Source of the DNA: Chlorokybus atmophyticus
Taxonomy: Eukaryota > Plantae > Mesostigma and Chlorokybus algae
Length of the DNA: 64,000 bases
Assembly: GCA_009103225.1 (NCBI GenBank)
Contig: RHPI01000249.1
Coordinates: 308,348-372,347 of the forward strand
Direction: 5' to 3'
A program made the translations under genes and the position numbers. Below the pieces are notes generated by a model. The model was not told the origin of the DNA. It ran no database searches and saw only the letters and a program-made list of their open reading frames with translations. Of the stretch, positions 33,975 to 53,398 are shown one piece after another; the first letter of the stretch is position 1, and every line of letters begins with the position of its first letter.

Positions 33975-35994
33975 ATGTGAGTTGTCACCTGAACGGGTGA
34001 TCTTCACCAACAGCAAGGCCGGTACAAGCAACAAGCATTTTGTCGTCAACTTTGCCACGACTGCCATAATGGCGGATAACGAACCAGCAAGGGGACCTCT
34101 GCACCAACATTGCAGCATGCTTCTTCATAAGCAATGGTCCTCACCATGCACAGTGACAGAGCCAGTTGCACGACAGGTTCTACCGTACTACCTGCAATAG
34201 TATTGCAGTAACGCAGTTGGCACCCATGTATACATTTGTTCATCTTGGCGGGTGACACCTTGCACTTGTTATGTAGTGGCATCAACAAATCTTTCAACTG
34301 CAACATCTTGTCCAACACCAGCATTGCCATGGAGAATTGGCTCGGACCAGTGCTCTGGCATCAGCAATCTGCGAGTGTTAGTCTCTCCTTCATTACAGCT
34401 TGCATAGCAATGCGTACGCGCATGCCAACCACATGCAAGAGCAGTTGTAAACGCTGTGTTTACTGAGGCATGCTTGCTGGTTAAGCACTTGCAGCTTGCA
34501 CGACAGTAGCATGAGAAGGGTGTAATGTCTTGTCGTATCCAGGCATGCAGCTGAACCACTCCTATCAATCTTCTTGGGTCTTCAACTGCACCGCACAGTG
34601 CAAGTGTAGCCTCTCACAAGTTTCCAGCATACAGTTGCCAGAGCGCTCTGCTACCAGAATCAATCCAGCAATAGGGAGAGCGTGCATGAGACCAGTGCGT
34701 TGCAAGCACCTGATATTACTTTGTGTGTCAATGCTGATTGTCAACACGGACAACTATCCCACACTCAAAGTGTCACCCAACACAAAGCACCTGAGGCTTG
34801 GACACCGCTGGTCTCGCACAACGAAAATGTGCAGCGGAGGAGAAGCAGCACATTGCAGCCAACGAAATGGTTATGGAGAATGAGCAGACTACGCAAGGCA
34901 GTAAGCAGCAGGAAACTTGCTTGCTGCGCAAGTCTCTTACAAAACCCAGACGCCGAGTGACAAGTTCTCGACAACACATACCACACAGCAGCCACCGCCC
35001 ATACGCTGCTATACTGAAGTCCGGCCCCGGGTTGACCCCGACCCAGTTGTCTGCTTTGAGAAGCAGGCAGCTTCGTTCTCTTCCAGCTGGCCGGTCTGCA
35101 ACATGCGCTAACGGCAGGCCAGCGCGGCAACTCCTGTGCTGCTGCAGCTGCTCAGCACAATGTCCCTGCTAGCATACCAGCGACCCTCCCTCAGCAGGCG
35201 ACAACAACGGTGAGACTAACAGACACGCAGACTGTTCCTCCTCCGCCGCCGCCAACGCCGCCGCTGTGGCAGCTGCGCTAAGATCAGTCTGAACGCCCGT
35301 ACACAGCTTTGCTACGTATGCTCACTCGAGTTGAGCAACAGCTGCCGTTGCTGTAGGTTAACACTGCAACAAATCATTGCTAGTGCGGCTATAACACTGG
35401 AGAACCTGTTGACAAGTTAACCTTGATGTAACACTTGCACCATCAAGTTGCACGCTTTCCTGTGCTATATATGGTCATGGCAGGCTTCAAAGTGGCAGCT
35501 CAGCGGCTGGCATTTGCTGGTGCTACTGAAGCTGCCAGGTACACCGCCTTGCCTGTACAGTTTCTTTGGTGAAGGTGCTCAGCCTGTGGCCTGCTCATGT
35601 GTGCAATTGTAAAGGATGCTGAGGTCTTTGCATGCGCTTACACAAGCAGCACTCTGCTAGAAACATTCTGCTGCTGCTGTGTAGCCACAGCACGATTAGG
35701 GGAGGGGTGGGGGGAGAGATTGCTGAGCGTGCTCTTGCATGTCTGCGAGTATACGGATGCTGAGGTCAACATCCGCTTGCACAAGAAGCACTGCCAGATA
35801 TATTCTCTTGCTCTGTAGGTACAGCACGTTTGGCAAGTGTGGCACATAAGAGCTCATGCATTGACAGCTGACGTACTCCACATGTATGCGCGCACATACG
35901 TAATTGTCCACCACGTTGTGCTGTTGTTGGGTGGGCTATTGAAGCTGGCTCACCAGGCGGGCATGACGACCAACTACGGGGATCTGCTGGGAGA
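33975..35994. repeat. Unidentified degenerate gene-like block X2, paralog of X1, ending at a single N (35995)
   Basis: Collinear similarity to 28295-30485; the last 291 bp are identical to 30195-30485. Confidence 0.6.
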
Positions 35995-36242
35995 NCCCAG
36001 TTGAGCGCAGGTAATGTAGTACATACTGCCATCCATACTTAGCATGGCAGCAAGTTGCTTGCATGCAGCTCGTTTAACAGATACCACGCTAGGCGGGTTC
36101 CTTGAAACATGGCATACAGCCATCTATTTCCTTAGTAAGGTGAACAACGTGGAATGCTGACTGATGAACCTACAGGGGAGTGTATAGACACGCGCGAGAT
36201 GGTGGCCTGGAAACATTGGAATTAACAAAGAGCTACATACAA

Positions 36243-36963
36243 TCAAAGGTCTTGAGGGCCGAGGCGGCAGTGCTTGCAGCGCTTCTCCCAGCAGCATGGA
36301 CTGATGCAGGAGAGCAAGCCACAAGGGAAGCAGAAGAAGGAGCAACACTGCACGCACAAGGCCAGATTGTTAATTGTGGTTGTTGATGTGCGGTATGCAC
36401 GGGTAATAATGCCACACTGGAGTTGACACTTACATAAGCGGTGCAGGTAGGCTCCAAGCGGTATTTGTGGTTGGGGCACACCACAGGCTTGGAGTGGGGG
36501 TTGAGGATGGTTGTCTCGCCACCATCAGCATCAATCTTCGTGCGCACTTGCACTGGAGGCAAGAGGCCACCTTCGCTGTTGAGCACACGATCCACTATCA
36601 CCTGCTGCTGCATATGCTCATACGCCGGCGGCTCCGCACCTAGCCAATAAACGACAGCATTGTTTGCGATAGCACAACAATGTTGTTGTTGGCCAAATGT
36701 ATTTTGAAGTGAGTATGTCAACGTTGTGCATTTATACTTGCAGTATTAAGCATTACAAACAGACATGCGTATTACAGGCACATGTCTCAAGTTTGCCGTC
36801 CGGCAGCAACGGCTGAGTCAGAATAATACTAATCACACAGTATGTGTTTGACAAGAAACGAGAATAAATGGCGACAAACTGCTAGCCTATACTTACCACG
36901 TCCATCCTTGCCGTACTCCAGCGGGTCATTGACAATGGGCGCCGTCGTTGTGGGCTTGTCCAT
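36243..36963 (-). CDS. Small Cys-rich BRI3/LITAF-like membrane-associated protein, 125 aa, 3 coding exons
   Basis: Exons 36963-36897, 36639-36434 and 36347-36243 splice in phase with GT-AG. They give 'MDKPTT...VVCPNHKYRLEPTCTAYCCSFFCFPCGLLSCISPCCWEKRCKHCRLGPQDL*'. The CP...(hydrophobic)FPCG...RCKHC layout resembles BRI3/LITAF. Confidence 0.75.
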
Positions 36964-37472
36964 CTGCAAGGCAAACACGCAACCGGCAAGTTGGAAGCGA
37001 TTCACAGAACACGAACCCTCATCCAAGCTCCCTCCCAGAACGCGGGGCGCAGTTGCTCCATAGCCCAAGCCCCATGCAAACACATTCACTCACGGGCACA
37101 CACCTTGCTTCTTGAAGATTCCGCAAGCCACTGAACAGCGCCCTCCTTCCACAACGCGGAGCTTGGCAGGAAGGCTGAGTCGCTGCACAACACGGCAGCG
37201 GCGGCGGCGGCGGGCTGTAACACACCTCAAACTGCCGCGTGGCCAGTATATAGCCGACGCACACACACGCCACAGCTGTAAGGCAAAACGTGCGTCATGT
37301 GCGCGTTACGCTACGTACCTCAGTCACTCCAATGCTTCGTAACTGAGAGACGCTTTAGCATTGCACCAGTAGCGAACAATAGTTGCTAACCAATAGCGAG
37401 CAAATTTGGCTATGCCTACAGAGAATCGGGTGGAAGCCAAACTCACATTGAGCAGGTGCTGTGGTTGTCGGG

Positions 37473-40088
37473 ATGGCGGGCGGCGGCGGGGATGGTGTGG
37501 ATGGGGGTGGTAGTGGCGAGCAGGATATGTCTCCCTTGCTTGTAAAGAAGCTGAGGGAGGAGACTGGTAGGCTGCTTGCCAGAGCACAAGCGCTTGTAGA
37601 AGCAGCTCAGAAGTACAATCACCGCTTGACGGATGAGGCGGAGCGGATCGCCTCCACCAGGTCGGTCCGGTTTTGACCGTAACAATAGGTGTGAACAGAG
37701 CCAGATTGTAACATGCATACATGCACCAAGAAGCATCAGTGTGCAAGGCTGGTCTGCAAGTCAACATTAAGAAGTCCACTTCAAGGTTGCATGTTGTGAG
37801 GAGGCTTCTAAGTAGGCTACTACTAGATCGATACACTGCTAGATCGACACGCCCTGATCTCCGAGGCTGCGAGGTCAAGTTGCAAGCACACCGGTCACAG
37901 CTCACCACTTGACGGCATGCAACTGCTGTCAAGCATGCATCGTGGCTTGCTTGAAGTTAGCTAAGCATTGTCACGTTGATTGCCAAGCAAACCTTGCTAC
38001 GATGACGACAAACGAGCAGGAGCTGCATGCATGCCGTTTGCTACTGCTAAGCACTGTATGTTTACGAAATGTGTTGACTTCATGGCGCCCGCAGCACAGC
38101 ACTTGCGGAGGCGCTTGCGGAGGAGAGAGCGGAGTTGAAGTCAAAAATCAGCAGCTTGGATGAGGCTACGCGGCGAGAGGTAGGCATGTGACCAAAGTCT
38201 TACACTTGCAAGATTGTTTATTTGTCGGCATGTGTGCAACCCATGACATGTGCTCCTGACACCGTATGCACACGTAGGTGCAACACAATTTGGACATGGC
38301 GCAAGCAGGGGTGAACAACCGGGTCGTCAAAGCCTGCTTGCCACCACGGCCAAATGGTTGGCTGTCTTGGCAGTGTGATTCACTGCTTCTTTGGTTTACT
38401 GTCCGTAGTGTCAGTGTCACTTGCCGCATGCTAAGTTGCAATGTGGTGTGCATGTGCTCTGATGAACAATTAACTGATTGTCTTTGTGGCCAGGCTTGTA
38501 CTTGCGCATGTTTCTTGGCAATGCCAATGTTGTGGAGCCCAGGGTTGCGCGCCGGCATGGCTTGAAAGATGACTACAATGCTTACAAAGTGAGTTGCTGG
38601 TTATCTTGTTGTTGCAGCGTTTATGCCAGCTAATATTGGCTGCATGCTTTTGCTTGAAAATGAAGCACTCCTGGCTTGCCTTCCAAAATGTCAGTCTTTG
38701 ATAATTGGCAGACTTTGTGCTGGGGAACAATATATTGGCTATCACGGCTACCTTGCAGAAGCCCTGACAGACGCTGTGTCACGGATTGTTGTGCTTGCGT
38801 GTAGGCTTGCAAACTGCAGTGCATATATGCTACACCTTGCATGCATCTCTGAGCAGTTGTATTGTAACAGGATCAATCAGCTGTCATCTTCCTTGCATTT
38901 CCAATTGCACTGCTGTACTGGATGCGCAACCACAGCGAGTGCATCAACTCCATCCCAGTAATTTTATACCAGGTGAGCTCGCATGAGTGCTTAGGTTAGA
39001 AAGCTAGTTTCAGGCTGTTGTGAAACATGCTCTTTATTGCTGCTGAGCGCACCTCTCATGCTTGTGCGCCATACATGCAGTGCTTTCTGCTGTATTTCTA
39101 TACGGCGTTGGCGCTACGAGAGAATGTGCTTGCAGCGAATGGCAGCAACATCAGGCCCTGGTATGGACAAAGCTAGAAAGCTATTCCTGGCTGGTCCATG
39201 CCATAGGCGTTTGTGTGGGGGCAATGACAGTGTCTCATCTCAGGTGGATTATACACCACTACTGCGCAATGGCAATGGCTTTGACAACACTTACATGGCA
39301 GATAGACGGGCCAGACTGCGCTGAAAAGCAGGTTAGGGCACCGCAGATGAGCACAGCAGCAGCTGTGTATGTGTGCTCACAGCTCTGTCGGTCCAGGTTT
39401 TCGTTGCACGGTTCCTGTCATGGGCGCTGCTGCAGGGCATTGTCATGCTGCTGCAAAATCGTTACCAGCGCAAGAGAACTTACACGCGCATAGCCTTGGG
39501 CAAGGTACACCCGCCTCCACCCAGTGCAGCTGTTCATGCAAGCCATCATCAACAATTGCATACATGGCCGGTAAAAGTTATGCCTGTTACTGTTATGCAC
39601 AGGCAAGCACAATGGATGTAGTTGGCGGCGAGAGCTCTTCAGTCAGCACGGAGCTGTGGCTACTGTACCCGCTTCTCTTTGCACTGCAGGTACCATTTTG
39701 ATCTACTCTGTGTTCTTAGAGCTGGCAAGTAAAAGCAAGTGCTCAGCACCGAGGCTAATGTCGGTTGCCGCGGCAGGGGTTCCAATTTTACAATGCAACC
39801 CTGCTTCTGGAGTCCGTGTTCCGGCAAAAGTTCATGTGGCAGGTACAGGTGTTGTGCCTAAACTTTTCATGCTGTTCTGCTTCGTGCAATTGTCATCCAG
39901 CCACCATTCCTACGGTGTTGTGATGGTGGTGTGTGCTTTGACAGCTGTTCGTGTGCGGCGTGCTCTTCATGGTCATGGCCATTGGCAACACCTACAGCAC
40001 TGCCGCCACCCTTGTACGCAAGATTGGCAAAGGCCGATACTCATCCATTGATGGCGACAGCGTGAGTCGGCATGAAATTATGAGCTAA
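37473..40088 (+). CDS. TMEM120: TMEM120 (TMPIT) family membrane protein, multi-exon
   Basis: N-terminal coiled coil, then exons 'GLYLRMFLGNANV...KDDYNAYK', 'DQSAVIFLAFP', 'YFYTALALRENVLAANGSNIRPW|WIIHHYCAMAMAL..LTW', 'LQNRYQRKRTYTRIALGK', 'LWLLYPLLFALQ' and 'CGVLFMVMAIGN'. Confidence 0.92.
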
Positions 40089-40979
40089 CAGTCTCTGCAC
40101 CTGTGTCGCGCTTGCATCGAAACTGTACATTGTCACATAACGCCATCAAGTCACTTAGTTTGTAGTAGCACTTGTGTGCAGAGTTTTTAGTACGCAAGAG
40201 AGAAAAGTCGCTTTGCCTCATAATCTGCATTGGTGTTTATACATGGGCATGTTTTTAATGAATTGTCGTTTATCGTGCACATGCACGCTCATGTGTGCAC
40301 ACATGTGGGCATCATGTCACTAGTGGTGTTATTGCCACCAATAGTGGGCCGTAACCTTTTTGAACATTGTGACTTCTATAAGCATATCGCCACTGTCCAC
40401 GCGATAAACACGTAGTTTATCCATGCGCAACTTGGATTCCTAGGACACATTAAGTTTGATGGACATTGGCACAAAACGCACTTTGCCGACAATCAGTCGA
40501 ATCTTTACCCACACAAGGTTATGTCCGGTTGATGGCGGCAACATTGTCTTCTCTTCCGTCCCGTTTTACACCTAGTTGCAAATGTAATGAGTTGGTGGCA
40601 ATATAGATGCAAACTTTCTATATTACAACTTACGGACATAAAAAAATGGAGGGTTGCGTTAGAGTGATTGTTGCTCTTTTCGATCAACTTAACCGGTGGG
40701 AATTGCTTCTTATTCAGCGTAACATTCACGCCGCGGTACGTGATAAGATATTCAGTAAGCAATGCCAAGGTTACAACCATTACAATAATGCTACCCTAAA
40801 TTACCTTAACGTTAAGATTCAACTAAACAAAAAATCGCATCGTTAGGTCACCATTTGGTCACGCATGGATTTGATCAAATGGGATCGCAACGGTGACAAC
40901 AGTTGCTAAAAAAGGCAGCAAATTGGCCAATCATTGCAGAGATGCATAACAGATGCTGAAAACTATCCGCGGCGGCAAT

Positions 40980-41487
40980 TGCTTGCCAATGGCGACCCAA
41001 ATTGGCTAGCGATTCGGTGCAATTGCAGCACAGTTAGTGGTTAAAACAGCCGCATTCTTGGCGGTACGAGGTCGGGACAGGCCCTATACACCAAAAACAT
41101 GCCGCCACCACTCACCCTCGTTTTAACTGATTCACTCCACCCTTTAACGCTAATTGATTACACGTTATAGGCACTGCGTCATCAAACATGGTCACCAACC
41201 GAACTAGGGGCCTTGGCTGATGATAAACACAACTGCTTGCCAACGGCGACCCAAATTGGCTAGCGTTTCGGCGCAATTGCAGCACAGTTGATGGCTAAAA
41301 CGGCCGCGTTTTTCGTGGTACGAGGTAGGGGCAGGCCCCATACCCCAAAGACATGCCGCCACTACTCACCCTCGTTCTAACTGATCCACTCTACCCTTTT
41401 ACGCTAATTGATTACACGCTATAGTTACTGCATCATTAAACATGGTCAACAGCCGAATTAGGGGCCTAGGCTGATGATAAACACAAT
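40980..41487. repeat. Tandem duplication of a 254-bp unit (40980-41233 / 41234-41487), diverged
   Basis: Both units start TGCTTGCCAA(T/C)GGCGACCCAAATTGGCTAGCG and end GCTGATGATAAACACAA. They differ by scattered substitutions. Confidence 0.92.
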
Positions 41488-42068
41488 TGTTGTACCATGT
41501 TGTGCCATTGCAACTCGCTACAAGCTTTAAAACATGCTCACCACGACAAGCGAGGTCGCAGTCAGCAGTCATGGGCGAACCATTTCATAAATGAGGCAAG
41601 CCTCACTTAAGCGCTGACCGCACCCTACAAGCTTGCATGAGCCATGCGTTCATGATGAGGTTTCAACGCGCATCTCTCGTGAGCCTTTTTGTGCAGGGGG
41701 AAAGGCCCAAACCAAAACCCCGTTATGTTTCATCAACCTTCACCGCCTCCTCATGAACCCCACCAGGATTAGGGTTGTGGGTATGGTGCTTTGGCACGCC
41801 CCATAACCTTCGCAGAGAGCATTTGAACCGGTCATTGGTCATACACACCGTGGCTCTACATTGTATGATCTATGCTGACATCAAGCTGAGCGCAACGGCT
41901 GGGCTTGCTGCCAAGTCATCAAAACAGACGGTTAAGATGGTACACATTAAGTTCAGATATTGCTGGATGATCACCGTAATAAGCTTTGGTTGTGACTGCC
42001 ACGTGGCGGGCGATCAGTGCGGTTGTCGCCGCCGCTACCACCACGAGGTGGGCGGCGGCAGGGTTGCC

Positions 42069-48759
<6,691 letters not shown>

Positions 48760-50041
48760 GCTTATGTGTAGAAAGTGCCTCAGCATCAACATCAGATTGT
48801 GCTTTTTCCGAGGCATTGCTGCACAATTCCGAGGTGCTTTCGTCAGTAGGGCAGCGGCGGAGCTTGAACCAATATTGCTGAGGTTCATGACGATCACTAG
48901 CGGCTGGCAATGACAGGAAGTGGTGTTAGAAAGCAGGAAGGACTACTACCTTTATAAAAGCTTTCTGGTTGAACGGAGTCTAAACGCCTGCCTACCAAGC
49001 TTCTAGTATGTTAAGTGCAGCACAATGTGTATGTAGCCACACAACCTCTCTGGCGCACTGTAGTATAGGGTATGTGAAGTGCTGTGTGAGACAGTGTCTC
49101 ATAAGTTCAAGAAATCTGTACAGGTTCATGCTTATCTCGTTGGTCAGAAGTCCATAAGACTTGATGATGATAAAGTCAAATACGGTGGACGTAAAAGAGC
49201 CTAGGTGCCTGATGCTAGCACTTTAATGTGAGCTGAGTGCATTCGTTTCAGATCTTGGTAGGGGTGTGCAACGTTGCTTATATAAGGCGTTTTGCACTAG
49301 GCTCTGGCATAGGGGGCCCCTTGCTTGGCGTTATGTTGGTGCTTGTTGATGTACTGATTGCTGAAGTGGTTTTAGTTCATGCACTCAATAGCTACGCTTC
49401 TTGTCTGTCCTTGCTGTGCCCAACAACCACCGGTTGTACTATATAGATAAGCTGTGCCAAGCTGTGCCAAGCTGTGTATGCCATGTGAAACTGCGTGAGC
49501 AAGATGGGACATCCATACTATGGCATACACTTCCGTGAGTGAATGCATGGAAGACTCTTCCAGGAAAAGTAAAAGTTTATATTGAGATCATTTAAACACT
49601 GATTGAATAAGTGAACGGATTGCAAAGGTATCATTGAGACAGGACGAATAAATCAACGCTTTTGTGCAGTCCAGTGCAGAATGCTCATGTCAATAGCACA
49701 TGCCTTCATGATAATCACTGGAGACCATTGTGCGGTATTTGTAGGCTGGTGTTGGTGTTGAGGGTGAGTAGGTGGTTAAACCGTTCTGAGACTAAGCTTT
49801 TGACAGCCATTTGAATGCACGTACATGTTGAAAGGAAGGGCCTGGGCCAGCCTATGTGCTTTGTTCATGCTTGCGTGGCATTTTCATTCGCTGCAAACTT
49901 GCGTGTCTCTGGGACGAGTTTCTGTGCTGGCCTCGTGCTCAGTCTGTCCACAACATGCTTAACCGCATGGATTCCCCTCCTGACTTCATCACTAAACATC
50001 TGCCGCAGCAATACCTGCACTGAAGTCTTTCACTGGCGACA

Positions 50042-51387
50042 CTAGCCTGGTGTTCCTTTCTCCTTACCAGCTGCGACTGTAACTCCACCGCCTGGGGAAC
50101 CCTCGCTGCTATCAGGCGTTTTGCTGCCGCCATTAACTGCCACCTTCGCCCCTTGACCTGCTCGTTCCTTTGCTGCTGGCGAATGCACGGCGGCAGCAGC
50201 ATCACTCTCACCGCTGGTTTCTGCCTTTGGCGTTTCCTCTGTGTGTGGACTTGTGCCTGGGCTGGCAGTCTTGCCCAAGTCTCCTGCAAGATGTCAGGCA
50301 TCAGAATGCTTGGATGCTAGGATGCAAGTGGTGAGGTGAAGCCTCGCGTTGACAAAAACCTTCCACTCTCAGTCGTGACGCGGTCTTCAGCTGCTTGCGC
50401 ATGTCATAAGCATCCTCACCATCCGCATAATACTTGGCTTCAACATCGTGTATCCTGAAAGTGTGGATACACGCGTATGAATGGAATGTTAGAGGCATGC
50501 ATCTCCCAACAAGTGGGACTTACTTATAACCTAGGGTCTCTGTGTAGAGGTGGAAAGCTGCCTTGTTGCTCTTACGCACGTGAAGCGACACATAGTCTGC
50601 CCCAAACACCTCAAACATTGCGAGTTCTGCGGAAGAGGCGCCCAGCTGTTAGGCCTTGAGAGAATGTTGACCAGATCAGCCAACAGATGTGTGAAGTGCT
50701 GGAATAACTTACGTGCAGCGCTCATAAGTTTGGTGGCAATGCCCAGCTTGCGATGCGATCGCAAAACTGCCAGCGATGTTATGTGCCCATGACACTCATG
50801 CGACTCTTCTTCCCTACAAGTATTGAGATGAACCACAATGGTCATTATCTTACAGACTGCGTGCATGCAGATGCACTTTGCTGCACTACATGTACTAATG
50901 GGCAGGGCATCACAACATGGCAGCATGCAGCGCATAGTCGGCCAGCTGAATCAGTGAATCGGAAGACCGCTGCTAATGCCTCACATTTTGGCGAGAACAT
51001 AGCCGACAATCCGCTTGTTGTAGTCCTCTGCCACGTACAGAAGTTGAGGCCAAGAAAGAATGTGGTAGAAGTAGTACTGCACGAACACCACAACAGAAAC
51101 AACCATCACATCTACTGTTCGACAAGCGGCGTAATGCACAAATTCTGCACATGCTCAACGCGAAAAGCGGCCTTCATAGCCATGCACACTGGACATGCGT
51201 TGCGTACCTTCATCTGGTAGTTTTCGGGAAGGCAAAGCAGATTGCAGTTTTGCATTGCAATCAAGTCATCCACCTGCATGGCGAAAGACAACTCATCAGC
51301 CATGCCAACAAGCCAAGTGCATGCAAGTCAGCAGACCGAGCGCCTGCGCTGGTTTCTTCTCACCGTTGCTTGCCGAATGCAAACCAT
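50042..51387 (-). CDS. NAA10: N-alpha-acetyltransferase 10 (ARD1), NatA catalytic subunit
   Basis: Exons 'MVCIRQAT|[22 protein letters not shown]|[31 protein letters not shown]|[30 protein letters not shown]...|SLHVRKSN...|[20 protein letters not shown]'. Confidence 0.97.
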
Positions 51388-51628
51388 GGTGACTTGTAAA
51401 CTGCAACGAAGCTCCCACTGCTGTACCTCGGCAACGACGTCGGCACCGCCGCCGCCAGCGACACCACTACTGCCACCGCCTTCACAAACCCTAAACTTGC
51501 TCGGTTTATTGTGATTGCAGTTAGGCTTTAGTTCAACAGTTAGCGTTGTACATTTAGCCAATGCTGATGCCTCAGTGACTGCTTGCGTGGCAGCGGCGGT
51601 GGTGGCGGTGGTAACGGTGTGGTCGAGC

Positions 51629-53398
51629 ATGGCGTTGATGTGGTCTGCGTCGTCTGTGAGTCGTCTGGTTGGCAATTTGGTCAAGGCGAGCCAATCTGGC
51701 GAACTCATTGCCCGACGCCTCCATCAACAGCCACGAGCAAGAAGGCGCAACTGTCCGCGAGGCAGCAGCAAGAACGCCAGCTTTCATGCACGCAAACCTC
51801 GACAGCTCACTGCTTGTAGTACCAGCTATCAGGTAATTGGAGACACGTAGCTGCTCTTCTCGTTCCTGTCTGGCGTTAAGCATGCTTCGGTGGTATATGA
51901 GCGTATGCGCTTGTTCGTTGTTTTCGCTTCATAGAATGCCAAAACGTTGGACACATGACGCAGGTCGCTGCATACAATATGTCAGTGCCTGGGCCGTGAA
52001 TGACCTTACGTACAGCATTGCACAAAAATGCCTTACGACTGGTGCAATGCTCTTTTTGCGAAAATGGTTGCTAACTCACTTACAGCTGAGCCCCTCAAGC
52101 ATTGCTGCAGTGTAGGCTGCTTGTCTTAGCAATCAGTGCATGTGTGGGTTCCAAATGCTTTGGTGTCGTAGCTTGGAGAGGAAGCGTTTACTGGCGGATT
52201 CTAAATAGCGCGGCAGGTTCATAGGGTGGACTTCGCAAGCGAGACCTCCCCTGATCATCATTTGCATGGAGACGGCAATGAGGCTCAACCCACAACAACA
52301 TACGAGGTCGAGGTTGTCACTTCAATCGAGCGCGGAAGTGGGCTATCTGAGCCAGCTGGCGGCATACTGCTCAACTTCGTGCATGAGGACGGCACAGCTG
52401 TGCTGAGAAGGTTTGGCGCCAACAATCATCGCTTTCAACAGGTTGGTCGCGAATTGTGTCTATGCATGTTGCACTTGCCTTGGGCGTAGGCACTCACCTG
52501 CGCCTTGGCCAGGGTAGCGTTGACAGTTTTGCAGTGGAGGCTCCATCAACATCAGCACAGCTTGCTGCGCTGTGGATTGCACCTCAGGTACTGCGCACAT
52601 CAGCAAGGCAGTTGCGCACTTATCTTAATGCCAATCGGTTGGTTGTTGCACACAGTCAGGCAAGTGGAGGCCAGAGCGTGTGTCCATCAAACGTGGTGGT
52701 CAAGACCACATAGATGTCTTCAGGTGCGGCGAGCTGCTTGGCGATGGTGCAAAGCTGTCGGCAGCGGAGCTGAAGCCTGTGAGAGTCTCCCTTTCAGATA
52801 CTGACCCGCAACACACTGCCGAGCTACTACAAATAGCACGGTTGCAGGTAAAGACGTGCTACTTGGTGTGCATGTATGGCATGTGCGCACACGAGACCAC
52901 ACAGTACTGCATTGCACAGGAAATGTTCATTCAATCTTTACCTCGCTGCCTAAACATCGGTGCTCTGCCAACATGCAGGGCTTGTCAGACTACCAATCCT
53001 TGAAGCAAAGACTTCTTGTGACAGATGTGAGCATCGCCCTTGCTGGCTCTGTCATTGCGGGCATCTTGGGGGGCACTGATGTCGCCAGGTCGTTCGGCAT
53101 GGGTGCGAATGCTGGCCTCATCTACTTGCTTTTGCTTGAGAAAAGCGTGGACGCATTGCCCGGTGGCAGCCACGGAGGACGCAGCATGAATGACTTGGCG
53201 TCGCGCGTCCAAAACGTCATCAACAGCACGCCAGCGCGTGTTGCCGCTGTGGCTGCTTTGCTGCTATTTGCCGCACGAGGTTGGGGAGAAGGCGCGTCGG
53301 TGACAAAGCCGCAGCTTGTGGCTGCCGTGCTGGGCTTTCTGACGTATAAGGTTGCGGTGCTCGTGACCGCCGCAACAACACCAGCAGGCAATGAGTGA
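51629..53398 (+). CDS. Putative plastid protein: transit peptide + PLAT/LH2-like domain + C-terminal CGL160/AtpI-like membrane domain
   Basis: Ser/Arg-rich first exon; 'YEVEVVTSIERGSGLSEP', 'RFQQ|GSVDSFAV', 'LWIAPQ|SGKWRPERV'; C-terminal 'GLSDYQSLKQRLL...LIYLLLLEKSVD...GFLTYKVAV'. Family recalled from conserved green-plant proteins, not searched. Confidence 0.75.

Noticed and set aside
40560-40850. Possible hAT dimerisation-domain remnant ('NVMSWWQ...LLFS')
   Set aside because: Only a WW dipeptide and a loose spacing match; no other transposase motifs or TIRs seen.
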